From positions 1,472,001 to 1,536,000 of the forward strand of contig CBDFIJ010000004.1 in the NCBI GenBank assembly GCA_965248055.1: a stretch of DNA of 64,000 bases, written 5' to 3'. Position 1 is the stretch's first letter. Every line of letters starts with the position of its first letter. Positions 26,921 through 37,800 of the stretch are shown here, piece by piece. Under the pieces are notes generated by a model, which saw nothing but the letters and a program-made list of their open reading frames with translations, was not told the DNA's origin and did no database searches. Position numbers and translations under genes: made by a program. The stretch comes from Candidatus Multivoradales bacterium. Lineage in GTDB: Bacteria > Acidobacteriota > Thermoanaerobaculia > Multivoradales > JAHEKO01.

Positions 26921-28087
26921 TTACGCCGGCTCGCTGCTAAGAATCTTGCGAGCGATTACCAATCTCTGCACTTCACTGGCACCTTCATAGATCCTCAGCG
27001 CTCGCACTGCGCGATACAGGCGTTCCACTGGATTACCCAGCAGAACTCCTTTGCCACCCAGGATCTGCACCGCCTGATCGACGATTTTCTGAGCAGCTTC
27101 GGTAGCGAACAGCTTGGCTTGTGAGGACGCCAAGGTGTTCGGCTCTTGGGTGTCGGCCAACCAAGCAGCCCGGTAGACCAAAAGTCTTGCCGCCTCCAGT
27201 TCCGTCGCCATGTCGGCGATCTTCGCTTGGATGAGTTGAAACTGGGCCAGCGGCTGGCCGAATTGCTCTCTGCTACGAGCATGAGCAACCGCTTCGTCGA
27301 GAGCCCGCGCAGCCATGCCGCAGGCTGCAGCGGCGACCGTGGGTCGCAATAGGTCGAGGGTCTGCATCCCGATGCCAAATCCTTCACCCTCGCCACCGAT
27401 TCGTTGGGTCACCGGAACCCGGCATTCTTGGAACGCCAGGGTGCCCAAGGGATGCGGTTCGGCCAACTGTTGCGGTTCGACAAAGTTACAGCCAGGGGTG
27501 CCGGCAGGGATCAGCAAACAACTGATCTCAGCGCGGCCATCTGACCTCTCTTCGGTGCGGACGAAGGTGGTGTAGAAATCGGCGATCCCGGCGTTGGAAA
27601 TGAATGTCTTATGGCCGTTGACCAGATAGTCATCGCCGTCACGAACCGCAGTCGTCTGTAGCGAGGAAACGTCGCTCCCGGCTTCGGGCTCGGTCATCGC
27701 GAAAGCGGCGATTGCTTCGCCCGAGGTGACCGCCGAAAACCACTGGCTTCTTTGATCTTCGGTTCCGGCCAGCAAGATCGGTCGAGAGCCCAGGGCCTGC
27801 AGAGCAAAAACCGCGTCTGCCAAAGGCGAGTAGTAAGCCAACCGCTCCCGGATCAGGCAACACGATCGTAAGGCTTGGTCGGTGGTTGCCAGCGCCGCGT
27901 CGAGCACCCCGGCGGCGCCCAGGCGCGACGCCATTTCACGGGCCAAGGATCGAGCCTGGTCGTCACTGCCAGCGTGGTTGGTGTCGAGCCACGAAGCCAG
28001 AGTCTCCACACGTTCGACCCAGGCTGGATCGACCCCTTCTAGGAATGGATTGGCGTCAAGTGTTGGCAACGGCAGATCTTCAAGCAT
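26921..28087 (-). CDS. Acyl-CoA dehydrogenase
   Basis: FAMTEPEAGSD, NGHKTFISN, REQFGQPL, RIYEGASEVQ. Confidence 0.93.
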   Translation of the reverse strand: MLEDLPLPTLDANPFLEGVDPAWVERVETLASWLDTNHAGSDDQARSLAREMASRLGAAGVLDAALATTDQALRSCCLIRERLAYYSPLADAVFALQALGSRPILLAGTEDQRSQWFSAVTSGEAIAAFAMTEPEAGSDVSSLQTTAVRDGDDYLVNGHKTFISNAGIADFYTTFVRTEERSDGRAEISCLLIPAGTPGCNFVEPQQLAEPHPLGTLAFQECRVPVTQRIGGEGEGFGIGMQTLDLLRPTVAAAACGMAARALDEAVAHARSREQFGQPLAQFQLIQAKIADMATELEAARLLVYRAAWLADTQEPNTLASSQAKLFATEAAQKIVDQAVQILGGKGVLLGNPVERLYRAVRALRIYEGASEVQRLVIARKILSSEPA

Positions 28088-28107
28088 GGGGGTGGGCGAT
28101 CAACAAA

Positions 28108-28179
28108 TCATTCAAACTGTGGGCTCCGCTGTTATTCAAACCGTGGGCTTCGCTGTTATTCAAACTGAGGGATTCGCTT
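28108..28179. repeat. 24-bp tandem triplication of the enoyl-CoA hydratase 3' end
   Basis: Three units encode KRIPQFE*, QRSPRFE* and QRSPQFE* on the minus strand. Confidence 0.85.
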
Positions 28180-28953
28180 GGCAACGAAGGCATCGTAGGC
28201 TTCGCGAAAATCGGGTTCTTCCATCAACTCGGCTTGAATCGAGGTTTCCTCAGCCATCGCGGTTTGATAATCGAGAACTTGCTCCCGAAGCAGCATCTTC
28301 TTGGTTACCTCAAGGCCCCGCTTGGGTCCCCGAGCTAACGCGGCGGCGATCGACAAGGCTTCGCCCAGCACCAAGCCGTCCTCGACCACCCGGTTGTAGA
28401 GGCCGATGCGGTGCGCTTCCTCTGCGGTGATGAAATCACCGGTGAGTAACAACTCACTAGCGTGACCCAAGCCGACAATGCGGGGGAGCAGCCAAGATAT
28501 CCCCATATCGGCCCCAGAGAGCCCGACCTTGGTGAACAAAAAGGCGACCTTGGCACTCATCGCGGCGACCCGAATGTCACAAGCGCTAGCGATCACCGCT
28601 CCGGCGCCCGCGGTGGTGCCATTGATGGCGCCGACAATCGGACGACGGCAGCGCAGCATGTTGAGGATCAACTCGCCAGTGGTCTGCGTAAACTCCAATA
28701 GCCCCGCCGAGTCGCGCTCAAACAGTGCCCCGATGATGTCCTCAACATCGCCCCCGGAGCTAAAAGCTTTGCCGGCCCCAGTAATGACGATCGCCGCAAC
28801 GCCTGGCTCTTGGTCCAACTGAGCAAAGGTATCGGTGAGTTCGCGGTAAACCTCAAAGGTTAGAGCGTTAAGACGCTTGGGCCGGTTGAGGGTAATGGTG
28901 GCGACCTCAGTCTCTGCATCTAAGGAATAGAGAAATGATTTGGGGTCGATCAT
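28156..28953 (-). CDS. Enoyl-CoA hydratase/isomerase
   Basis: ITLNRPKRLNAL, AFSSGGDV, KVGLSGADMG. Confidence 0.92.
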   Translation of the reverse strand: MIDPKSFLYSLDAETEVATITLNRPKRLNALTFEVYRELTDTFAQLDQEPGVAAIVITGAGKAFSSGGDVEDIIGALFERDSAGLLEFTQTTGELILNMLRCRRPIVGAINGTTAGAGAVIASACDIRVAAMSAKVAFLFTKVGLSGADMGISWLLPRIVGLGHASELLLTGDFITAEEAHRIGLYNRVVEDGLVLGEALSIAAALARGPKRGLEVTKKMLLREQVLDYQTAMAEETSIQAELMEEPDFREAYDAFVAKRIPQFE

Positions 28954-29432
28954 GGGGTCGAGTCCTCAGCGAGCCCAGTACCGTCTTCAGGCCCAGTACC
29001 GTCTTCAGGCCCAGTACCCTTTTCAGGCCCTGCTTTCTCGACAATCACTGCCGTCGCTTCGATCTCCAACAGGGCGCCTGACTCCACCAACCCCGACACT
29101 TCCACCAGCGCCATGGCCGGAAAGTGCCGCCCCATGCGCGATCGGTAGACCTCACCCAAAGGCTTCAAGTTGTCCAGGTAGTCGGCACGATCGGTGACAT
29201 ACACGGTGAGTCGTACGATGCTTTCAGCAACTCCTCCGGCAGCGTCGACCACGATCAACGCATTGGCCAGCGCCCGATCGAATTGGCGGACAAACCCCTC
29301 CGCGACCGCACCGTCCGGATGATCGCCGATCTGTCCTGCTACATAGAGTGTGCGACCCAAAGGGGCCAATACACCATGGGAAAAGCCTTTGGGAGCACCC
29401 AGTTGCTGAGGATTGATGAGGGTCGATTTCAA
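28950..29432 (-). CDS. RidA/YjgF family protein with repetitive C-terminal tail
   Basis: APKGFSHG, LYVAGQIG, FPAMALVEV, LLEIEATA. 18-bp repeat gives GPEDGT units. Confidence 0.88.
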   Translation of the reverse strand: MKSTLINPQQLGAPKGFSHGVLAPLGRTLYVAGQIGDHPDGAVAEGFVRQFDRALANALIVVDAAGGVAESIVRLTVYVTDRADYLDNLKPLGEVYRSRMGRHFPAMALVEVSGLVESGALLEIEATAVIVEKAGPEKGTGPEDGTGPEDGTGLAEDSTP

Positions 29433-30217
29433 GCTTGTACCCCTCCGCCATCGAGCACGATCGCCTGGGCGTTGATTCCTTGCGCTTGCTCCTCGCACAA
29501 ACAAGCCACCAGATAGGCGACTTCACTGGGTTCCATCAACCGCCCCTGCGGACTGGCCTGGTCCATGTGCTGGCGCACTTTGTCTTCCACCATTCCGGTT
29601 TTCTCCATGATCCGGGCCACCGACAATTCGGTCATCGAGGTGTCAACGTAGCCCGGACAAACCGCGTTGACCGTCACCCCGCTCTTGGCGAACTCTGCTC
29701 CCAAGGCTCGGGTCAAACCGACCACTGCGTGTTTGCTGGCCGCGTAGGCGGAGATGTAGGGCGCTCCCACCCGACCGGCAATCGAGGCGATGTTGACCAC
29801 CCTGCCCCATCCTTGTTCCACCATCTGCGGCACAATCGCCTGAGTACAAAGCATGGTACCGGTGACATTGACGGCGAAAACCCGTTCCCAGTCGGCGAGC
29901 TCTATTGCCCGCAACGGCGCTGAAGGGGCAAACCCAGCATTGTTGACCAAAATTTGTACCGACCCCACCAGCTCTTGAGCTCGCTGGGCTAATGCTGCCA
30001 CCTGCTGGGAATCTGAAACATCGCACCGCACCGCGTGGGCGTCGCAGCCAGCAGAACGTAACTCCTGCGCTACAGCTTCAATCTGCTCCGCAGAACGAGC
30101 GCTGACGACAACGCGAGTTCCGCGTTGAGCCAGAGCGGTTGCCACCGCCGCCCCGATGCCGCGACCACCTCCGGTGACTACCGCTCCTTTTCCGCTTAAC
30201 GAAATCTCGTTCGACAT
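29429..30217 (-). CDS. Short-chain dehydrogenase (3-hydroxyacyl-CoA dehydrogenase-like)
   Basis: TGGGRGIG, NNAG, YAASKH. Confidence 0.92.
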   Translation of the reverse strand: MSNEISLSGKGAVVTGGGRGIGAAVATALAQRGTRVVVSARSAEQIEAVAQELRSAGCDAHAVRCDVSDSQQVAALAQRAQELVGSVQILVNNAGFAPSAPLRAIELADWERVFAVNVTGTMLCTQAIVPQMVEQGWGRVVNIASIAGRVGAPYISAYAASKHAVVGLTRALGAEFAKSGVTVNAVCPGYVDTSMTELSVARIMEKTGMVEDKVRQHMDQASPQGRLMEPSEVAYLVACLCEEQAQGINAQAIVLDGGGVQA

Positions 30218-30263
30218 GCTCGAACGTTAGGGGTGGGCGAAGGGGGTGTCAAGCAGTCTTGGC

Positions 30264-30333
30264 GGGGGACACTGTTTCTTTGCCAAGGGGACACAATTTG
30301 TGGGCAGGGGACACAATCTCTATTGTGTCCCCT
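30264..30333. repeat. GGGGACAC/GTGTCCCC REP-like palindrome cluster B
   Basis: Three ggggacac copies. Perfect hairpin aggggacacaat-ctct-attgtgtcccct at 30306-30333. Confidence 0.82.
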
Positions 30334-30371
30334 GCCTCCTCCGTTGGGTCTCCAGGTTAAGATCCCCGACC

Positions 30372-31676
30372 ATGACCGATGCACCCTCCTCGGTAAAAAA
30401 ACGCGAGATCTTTGGCTGGGCGATGTTCGACTTCGCCAACTCGAGCTACACCACGATCATCATTACGGTTGCCTTTAGCATCTATTTCACCAAGTTCATC
30501 GCTACCGGCGCCAAAGCGGACGTTTGGTGGGGGACCGGCATCTTGATCACCAACGTAGTTGTACTGCTGTTGGCTCCGGTGCTGGGAGCCATTGCTGATG
30601 GGTCTGGGCGGAAGAAACAATTTCTCTTTCTTTCGTACGTCGTTTGCGTGTTGGGAACGGCAGGTCTCTACTTTGCGGTTCCTGGCGCGTTGGTTTTGTC
30701 GATCGCCCTCGTAGTCATTTCAAATATCGGTTTCGTTGCCGGAGAGAATTTCGCAGGGGCATTTCTGCCCGAGTTGTCGACGCCAGACAATGTTGGTCGG
30801 GTCTCCGCTGTTGGTTGGGGAATCGGCTACTTCGGTGGTTTAGCTTCGCTTTTGTTGGTGCGCCCCTTACTGGGAGGTATGAACCTAGACGCCGGTGTGT
30901 TGACCGCCCCCGAAAACGCTTCAGCATTCGCTCAGGTGCGCTTTGCCTGGGTGATCACCGCGATCTTTTTTGCCATCGCTGCGATTCCCACCTTCGTGTT
31001 TCTCCGTGAGCGCGCTCCGCGGGGCAACCAACCTCTCACAACCTACGTCTCTACCGGTTTCAGTCGCTTGCGCCGCACCGCCAAATCCGTGCGCCAGTTT
31101 CGACAACTGGTCCGCTTCTTGTCTGTCTACTTCGTGTACCACGTGGGTCTGACCGCAGTGATCGCCTTCGCCGGAGTCATCTACGAACGCACCTTTGGAT
31201 TTACTGCCAGCGAGATTGTGACCCTGTTCATCGGCCTGCAATTTGCCTCGGCAGGCGGTGCCTGGGCGTTTGGTTTTGTTCAAGATCGCCTGGGAAGCCA
31301 GCGCACGATTCAAGCGGTGCTGCTGCTTTGGATCTTGGCTTGCGTCGGCATCTACTTCGCGAATAACCGATTCCACTACTGGGTCATCGCGGTTATCGCC
31401 GGCATCGGGATTGGCGGTTTGCAAACCGCATCTCGAGCCATGGTGGGCTTGATGTCTCCTCCAGCCAAAGCCGGAGAATTCTTTGGCTTTTGGGGAATGG
31501 TGTCGCGCGGTGCATACGCCATCGGACCGCTGATTTTCGGCCAGATTGCCAGCGCCACGGGATCCCACCGTACCGCGATGCTCAGCCTGTCGGCGGTGTT
31601 TCTGATCGGCTTGATCGGCATGAATTGGGTCAATGAGGCCGACGGACGAAGAGCCGCCGAACAATGGGTGGACTAA
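30372..31676 (+). CDS. MFS transporter (UMF1/Atg22 family)
   Basis: GWAMFDFANSSY, LGAIADGSGRKK, GRVSAVGWGIGYFGG, AGEFFGFW. Confidence 0.9.
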   Translation: MTDAPSSVKKREIFGWAMFDFANSSYTTIIITVAFSIYFTKFIATGAKADVWWGTGILITNVVVLLLAPVLGAIADGSGRKKQFLFLSYVVCVLGTAGLYFAVPGALVLSIALVVISNIGFVAGENFAGAFLPELSTPDNVGRVSAVGWGIGYFGGLASLLLVRPLLGGMNLDAGVLTAPENASAFAQVRFAWVITAIFFAIAAIPTFVFLRERAPRGNQPLTTYVSTGFSRLRRTAKSVRQFRQLVRFLSVYFVYHVGLTAVIAFAGVIYERTFGFTASEIVTLFIGLQFASAGGAWAFGFVQDRLGSQRTIQAVLLLWILACVGIYFANNRFHYWVIAVIAGIGIGGLQTASRAMVGLMSPPAKAGEFFGFWGMVSRGAYAIGPLIFGQIASATGSHRTAMLSLSAVFLIGLIGMNWVNEADGRRAAEQWVD

Positions 31677-33070
31677 GCAGTGGGTGGACTGATTCCTTGC
31701 GCCTAGCCGACCGTGTGTTGCGGGGTCTTGCCCGTGGTGCGATCTCCACCTTCTACCGCAAGATTCAAGTTCTCGACGCGGAGCGGATACCCGCCACCGG
31801 CCCGCTAATCTTTGTTGGCAATCACGGCAACGGTCTGATCGATCCAGCCTTAGCTATGGGCTACTTGCCACCTACTGTGCGATTCCTGGGCAAAGCGACC
31901 CTGTGGAAGCATCCTGTAGTCGGTCCGTTCATGCGTTTGGCTGGCGCGATTCCGATTCAGCGCCCCAACGACCCGGGTGCGAATATGGCGCGCAATCAAG
32001 ATAGTTTTCAGGCCGCCAGCGAACACCTAGAGAACGGAGGTGCTCTGTGTATCTTTCCCGAAGGAATGAGCCACGACGAACCATCATTGCTGCGGATGAA
32101 AACCGGAACCGCTCGGATCGCCCTGGACGCGGCCTCGTCCAACGAAAACCTTGGACTCAAGGTGGTTCCGTTCGGTTTGGCCTTTTCAGCCCGTGATCGC
32201 TTTCGCTCTCGGGTCGGGATTGTCATTGGTGAGCCGATCCTGGTCAGCGCTGACGGTGTTGAACCAACCTGGGACCAAGTCGAAGAGCTGACTCGACGAA
32301 TCGAGAAAGGCCTGTCGGCGGTGACTTTGAACTATGAGTCCTGGCGCGAGCGACGTCTGGTACACCGGGCGGTGGATCTTTTCTATCGCGAGCCAGGACG
32401 CAGCGATGCGCGACCGATCGCCGACCGACTGGATAGCTATCGACGGTTTGTCGAGGCCTATCGCACCCTGCGCGCAGACCATCCGGAGATCACCACCGCG
32501 ACCGCCGAGGCAGTCCTCGACTACGATCATTTGTTGAAGTTGGTCGGTCTAACCGATCGGCAAATCCTGGAGCCAGTACCCCTGCGGCGACTGGTCAGCC
32601 TGGCAGCGCGAAGCCTTTTCTATCTCGTGATTGCACTTCCCGCAGCGGCGGTCGGCTTTGTCTTGCACGCACTCCCGTGGTTTCTCAGTCGGGGGCTACC
32701 ACGGTGGACCAAACAACCGCTGCACCAGCGTGCCACCTACGCCGTGATGAGCGGAGTGGTGTTGGTCCCAACGATCTGGATCGGCATCACGGTCTGGGCA
32801 GTGCGCGCGTGGGGGTGGAAAGGATGTTGGTTGCTGCTCTTGGCTCCAGCCAGTGGTTGGGTAGCGTTGCGGGTGGCGGAAACCACCCACCGACTGTGGC
32901 ACACCACCAGAGGACTCGCGACCATGCATTTGGGCCGTCGCACCCAGCAATTGCTGACGGAAAGGCGCCGGGAGGCGCAGGTTGCGGTGGCCAGAATGGT
33001 TGAAATCTACACCGACCCCGAGAATCAACTTCCGTCCGCAGACCCGGCAAATGCCATGCCGTCGGGTTGA
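31664..33070 (+). CDS. Lysophospholipid/glycerol-3-phosphate acyltransferase
   Basis: NHGNGLID, FLGKATLW, IFPEG. Confidence 0.88.
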   Translation: MGGLSSGWTDSLRLADRVLRGLARGAISTFYRKIQVLDAERIPATGPLIFVGNHGNGLIDPALAMGYLPPTVRFLGKATLWKHPVVGPFMRLAGAIPIQRPNDPGANMARNQDSFQAASEHLENGGALCIFPEGMSHDEPSLLRMKTGTARIALDAASSNENLGLKVVPFGLAFSARDRFRSRVGIVIGEPILVSADGVEPTWDQVEELTRRIEKGLSAVTLNYESWRERRLVHRAVDLFYREPGRSDARPIADRLDSYRRFVEAYRTLRADHPEITTATAEAVLDYDHLLKLVGLTDRQILEPVPLRRLVSLAARSLFYLVIALPAAAVGFVLHALPWFLSRGLPRWTKQPLHQRATYAVMSGVVLVPTIWIGITVWAVRAWGWKGCWLLLLAPASGWVALRVAETTHRLWHTTRGLATMHLGRRTQQLLTERRREAQVAVARMVEIYTDPENQLPSADPANAMPSG

Positions 33071-34050
33071 CGCCCAGTCTGAATCACGCGTTGAACTTTC
33101 AGCTCCGGCAGGGACATCTCAACGACTACATCGGACCGTGTCGCAGCGACCCAAAATCGACCGCCATCAGGGTCGATCTCGATGCCGATTGGCACCGGGC
33201 TCTGTTTGAAGCGGTTGGCGAACAGACGACCATCTCGGTCGGTCGAGGTGCTGAGGTCCAACCCCACTCGTCGAACAATCTTGCGAGATTCGCGATCAAG
33301 CAAGACCATCTCGCCCGAGCCTGCGGCCGAGACCAACACCCACTTGCCGTCTGGCGTGATCTCGGTGCGGATGGGGAAAGATGGCAGCGCGATCTCAGCG
33401 ACTTCCTTGAGGCTCTCGATCTCGATCACCGACACCGTGTCGGCCGCGCGATTGGTCACCCAAGCCTCTTTGCCGTCAGGACTGACGGCGATGCCCTCAG
33501 CGCCTCTTCCGGTTTGAATGTCTTTGATTTTCTCGCCGCTTATCAGGTCGATCGCGGTAACCGACCCAGAACCTATGTTGGCGACCAGGGCCAGGTTCCC
33601 GTCTGGGGTCACTGCCACCATGTGCGATACCACTTGGTCGGTTTTGACCGCCCGAAGCAATTTCCCGTTGAGGTCAAAAATCAACAGTTCGCGTTGTGCT
33701 TCGGCGGTCACTAAGAACCCGTCTGTCAGCCAAACGACACCGTGAGGACCCCGGTGGTTTCCGGTCGACAGGGTCTTGACCTGACGGGTTTCGAGGTTGA
33801 CCAAGGTCAAGGTGTCGCCATTGGCTTGGTCGTAGTTGGCAATCACGGCTTGGCTGCCATCCAGGGACACCGCGACTTCGTGCGGTGCCGGCCCGGTCTC
33901 AAGCCTGTCGGCTAATTCTCCGGTTGCTAGATCGATGATGTCGAGGGTGTCGTCGCTCTTGTTTGCAACCAGCAGAAATCCATCGCTGGCTTGAATCGGT
34001 GCCAAAAAGATCGTGATGCTCAGGAAAAAAACAAGGATCGTAACTTTCAC
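33025..34050 (-). CDS. Secreted YVTN/YncE beta-propeller protein
   Basis: Signal peptide. Repeats PHEVAVSLDG, SHMVAVTPDG, AEGIAVSPDG. Confidence 0.85.
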   Translation of the reverse strand: MKVTILVFFLSITIFLAPIQASDGFLLVANKSDDTLDIIDLATGELADRLETGPAPHEVAVSLDGSQAVIANYDQANGDTLTLVNLETRQVKTLSTGNHRGPHGVVWLTDGFLVTAEAQRELLIFDLNGKLLRAVKTDQVVSHMVAVTPDGNLALVANIGSGSVTAIDLISGEKIKDIQTGRGAEGIAVSPDGKEAWVTNRAADTVSVIEIESLKEVAEIALPSFPIRTEITPDGKWVLVSAAGSGEMVLLDRESRKIVRRVGLDLSTSTDRDGRLFANRFKQSPVPIGIEIDPDGGRFWVAATRSDVVVEMSLPELKVQRVIQTGRQPDGMAFAGSADGS

Positions 34051-34817
34051 TCGGCCCCTTCTGCTTTCCGCGCTGCTAGGGTTTTCTGTACCTCGTCCGC
34101 CATCATTTCGCCGATTAAGCCTAAGGTTTCTTCGCCTTCCTCCCGCGACGCCTCCGCTGGCCAGCCAAAATAGGCTTGGTCGCCGCCCAACTCCTGGAAG
34201 GTGGAGGCACCGGCTTGAATCGCCTCTGCCAGCGACCGAGGATACGGGGGAAGGCCTGCCGCAGTTTCTTCGTCGACCAAATCAGGACGGATCGCCAGCA
34301 TCAACGACCCCTCGTAGCGACCCGCGTGACAGGCTCCGGTGGCAAACTCGCCTCCAATTCGCTCAGCGTTCTTGCGCCGTGTGAGGTCGAAAAAGATCGT
34401 CTGACTGCAAACGGTCGCGCCATTCGCCCGCTCAACACCGTTGCGGATGGCGCCTACGTTGGCGGGGTCGAAGTGCGCATTCACCACCACCAACAACTTC
34501 CCTCCCGCGCGCTGAACCGCCGAGGCTGTCGCAACGACAACTTCTTCGGTCGCCGAAGGAACGACATCCACGGTGCCGACAAATTCCCCGGCGAAGCCCG
34601 CCGCCGTGTATCCATGCACCGGAAAGACCAACCCTTGGATCTCGTGGTGCGCCAATCTTTGGACACCAGCAGACGCCATCGCCTCAGCGATCCAACAGTC
34701 GGTCGCCAAAGGAAGATGCGGGCCGTGGGCCTCAACCGCACCGATCGGCAGCACGCCAATCCACCCCTCGCTTTGATCGAGCTGAGGCCACTTCTGGTCA
34801 GCGAAGTACGACATCAA
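34047..34817 (-). CDS. Creatininase family amidohydrolase
   Basis: LPIGAVEAHGPHLPLATD, VNAHFDPAN, CHAGRYEGS. Confidence 0.9.
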   Translation of the reverse strand: MMSYFADQKWPQLDQSEGWIGVLPIGAVEAHGPHLPLATDCWIAEAMASAGVQRLAHHEIQGLVFPVHGYTAAGFAGEFVGTVDVVPSATEEVVVATASAVQRAGGKLLVVVNAHFDPANVGAIRNGVERANGATVCSQTIFFDLTRRKNAERIGGEFATGACHAGRYEGSLMLAIRPDLVDEETAAGLPPYPRSLAEAIQAGASTFQELGGDQAYFGWPAEASREEGEETLGLIGEMMADEVQKTLAARKAEGAE

Positions 34818-34867
34818 TACACCCTAGCAAAAGACTCCCAGTCGCTATCGTAAGATGCCACCCGTCG

Positions 34868-37800
34868 ATGCGTGTACGCCTGTTGATTTCAGTTCTTGGC
34901 CTTTCGGCAGTTGGAGCCGCAGTGTCAGCACAGACAGAGTTGCCGCACTGGGCAGATCCCGACGTGGTCTCAGTCAACCAAGAACAGGGCCGACCGTGGC
35001 TAGTACCCTTGGGGCCTGAAGAGGAACCCGATCGGTGGCAGATGGATCTGAGCGGAGAGTGGCGCTTTCTGTTGCTCGACCGGGCAGCTGATGTCCCCAG
35101 TGATCTGGAGGCCTCGCTGGCGCGCGACTTAGCGTGGTCAACGATTCAGGTGCCCGGCAGTTGGCAATCGCAAGGGGTCGGTAATCTTGAGCTCGCCCGC
35201 AGTGGCAACCAGAATCCGCTTTATGGCTCCGCTGGAGCCGCCAATCCAGCCGGAATTTTGTTGCGAGATTTCACTCTGGCACCGGGTTGGCAAGATCGCC
35301 AAACCTTGCTCCACGTCACCCGGGCTCGTTCCTCGATAACCGTTCTAGTCAACGGGGTTGAGGTCGGATATAGCGAAAACACTGCCGCTGGGGCTGAGTT
35401 CAATTTGACCCGCAATCTACAGTCTGGGGTCAACCGCCTGGTATTGATCGTCACCCAGTGGAGCACCAGCAGTGAGCACTCCGGCGTACATTGGACTTTT
35501 GCGGGCTTGCTCGATGAACCGCTGCTGATTTCTCTGCCGGCGGTCTATCTACGGGATCTATCTCTCGACGCTCGCTACGATCCGCAGACTGGCTCCGGAA
35601 CCCTCAACCTGCGCGCCTGGCTGCGGTCGTTTCTTCCCTACTCCTCAGAGGGATACCGCATCGAGATAGATCTGCTTGATTCCAACGGGCGCCGAGTTGG
35701 TCGTCGCTTTCGCCGCGGCGTCGCTGTCGGTGCCGCTCGAGAGATGACCGCCTCACTGCGCCTTCAGCTTGCCAACGTGCGTTCCTGGAGCGCTGAGTCG
35801 CCGAATCTCTATGAGCTGGAGATCCGACTGGTGGGAGAAGACCAATTGGTGGTTCAGAGGTCTCGCGATCGCGTCGGATTTCGATTGGTGACGTTCACTC
35901 CGACCGGCTTGCTGATCAACGGGCGGCGCGAAACCTTGCGCGGCGTGACCTTGGACGCGGATCTACCGGTAAGAGTCGTCGACTCGACTGACATCGAACA
36001 CCATCTTCATCTGCTCAAGAACGCCGGCATCAATGCTCTGCGGCTTCAGTCGCCTCTGAGTCAGCGCTGGTACGACCGAATCGACGCATTTGGTCTCTAT
36101 ACCTTTCACGATCTGCGCATACCGCCCTCGCAAGGGAATGTGGCGCGGACGTTTGAGCGAAACGTTAGCGCGGTAGAGCTTGCCAAGAATCACCCTTCCA
36201 CCCTGGCCTGGGTGTGGCGCGACACTGGACAACCGGGAGCCTCCAATTTTGGCGCCTGGGTCGAGGCCCACGATCCGACGCGGCCAGTGCTACCCAACAA
36301 ACAGGTGCGTCTGGCTTCAACGCCTCGAGCTTGGATCTTCGACCGCCAGGTGCGAAATAGCGACGCGCTCTTTGTTCTTTGGCCCTTCGGGTCGCTGCTG
36401 GGAAATAGCGGTGGTGGACTTGGCCAACTGTGGCGGATGGTTGAAACCCAAGAGCGTGCAGTCGGGGGTTTTCTTCCGCACTGGATGGCTTCGGCCACGC
36501 CCAGCGGCAGTGACGCGGTGGATCGAGGATTGGTTGATCAAAATGCCCGGCCGCTCCCCGCCTACCAAGAAATCGCCGACCTCTATCGCACCTTTCGATT
36601 CACCGCGATCGACCTCTCTACGAACACCTTTGCCGTCACCAACGACACCCACAACACCAGCACTTCCGGGACTGAGGGGCAATGGAAGCTACGGCAAGAC
36701 GGTGCGGTGGTCGCCGGCGGTCGACTCCCTCGCTTGGGTGGAGAGCCTGGAGCGACGACAGAATTTCGTATTGGCGGCCTGCCGGATTTGCTCAGTGGAG
36801 CGCAATACCACCTCACCCTGGAGTTGAATTCTGCAGTCAGTGATTCAGCGGACCAGGAAACTCTGGCCCGGGCTCAATTCGAACTGCCCACACCGGGAGA
36901 GCCTATCCTCAATCCTGTCGCGGATCTGCCACCGCTCACCGTTGAAACCGAGGGGTCCGGCAGCCGCTTGGTGTCGCGGGAGGTTGAAGTTGCGATCGAC
37001 GGTACGACCGGCTCGTTGAGTGAATTTTCCTTTCGCGGTCAGTCGATGATCGACGGCTTAGTGCGTCCCAGTCTGTGGCGAAAGCCGACCATGCTGGAAC
37101 AAGCCAACGGACTCGCGGCCATCGACCGACGATTGCAATCGATCTTCGATGGCGAACCGGCGGACTGGGTGGGTCGCCGAGTCACTGCGGGGTCACACAG
37201 CGCGGTCAGCGAATATACCGTCGCTGACGAGGGACTCTTTCGGATGCAGACCACCAGCCACGGAACGGGCGCGGTGGAACTCGCACTACATTGGTTCGGA
37301 GAACCGGGAACGCCGGATCCGCCGCGGGTCGGCGCCTCGATTCCCCTCAGCCCGCGCGCGGTGAGCGTTGAGTGGTTTGGAAGGGGACCTGGGGCCTCCT
37401 ACTCAGACCGCAAGTCGTCTGCCGAACTCGGGCGGTGGGAGACTTCGATCCCTTGGAAAAATCCCTACGTCTGGGATCAGGCTCACGGTCTTCGCAGTGA
37501 GCTCCGCTGGCTGGTCGTTTGGTTCTCAGACGCCACTGGGCTGCTGATCGTCACGCCTTCGAGCGCTTCGTTTTCCACCGGGTACCAGTCGGGCACCCCC
37601 GTTCTCTACTTGGATGGCGCCCACCGCGGCGTAGGAGCCGAGCGCGACAACGCGATTCCCAGTCGAGCGGCTCGAATCCCCCCCGGCGAACATCGCTTCA
37701 CCTTCTTACTGTTGCCGATTGTGGTCGGACAAAATCCGGCTCAACTCGCCAAGAACAGCTGGCCCAACACCGAGATCGCCGCCGCCATCCACTCTCCCTC

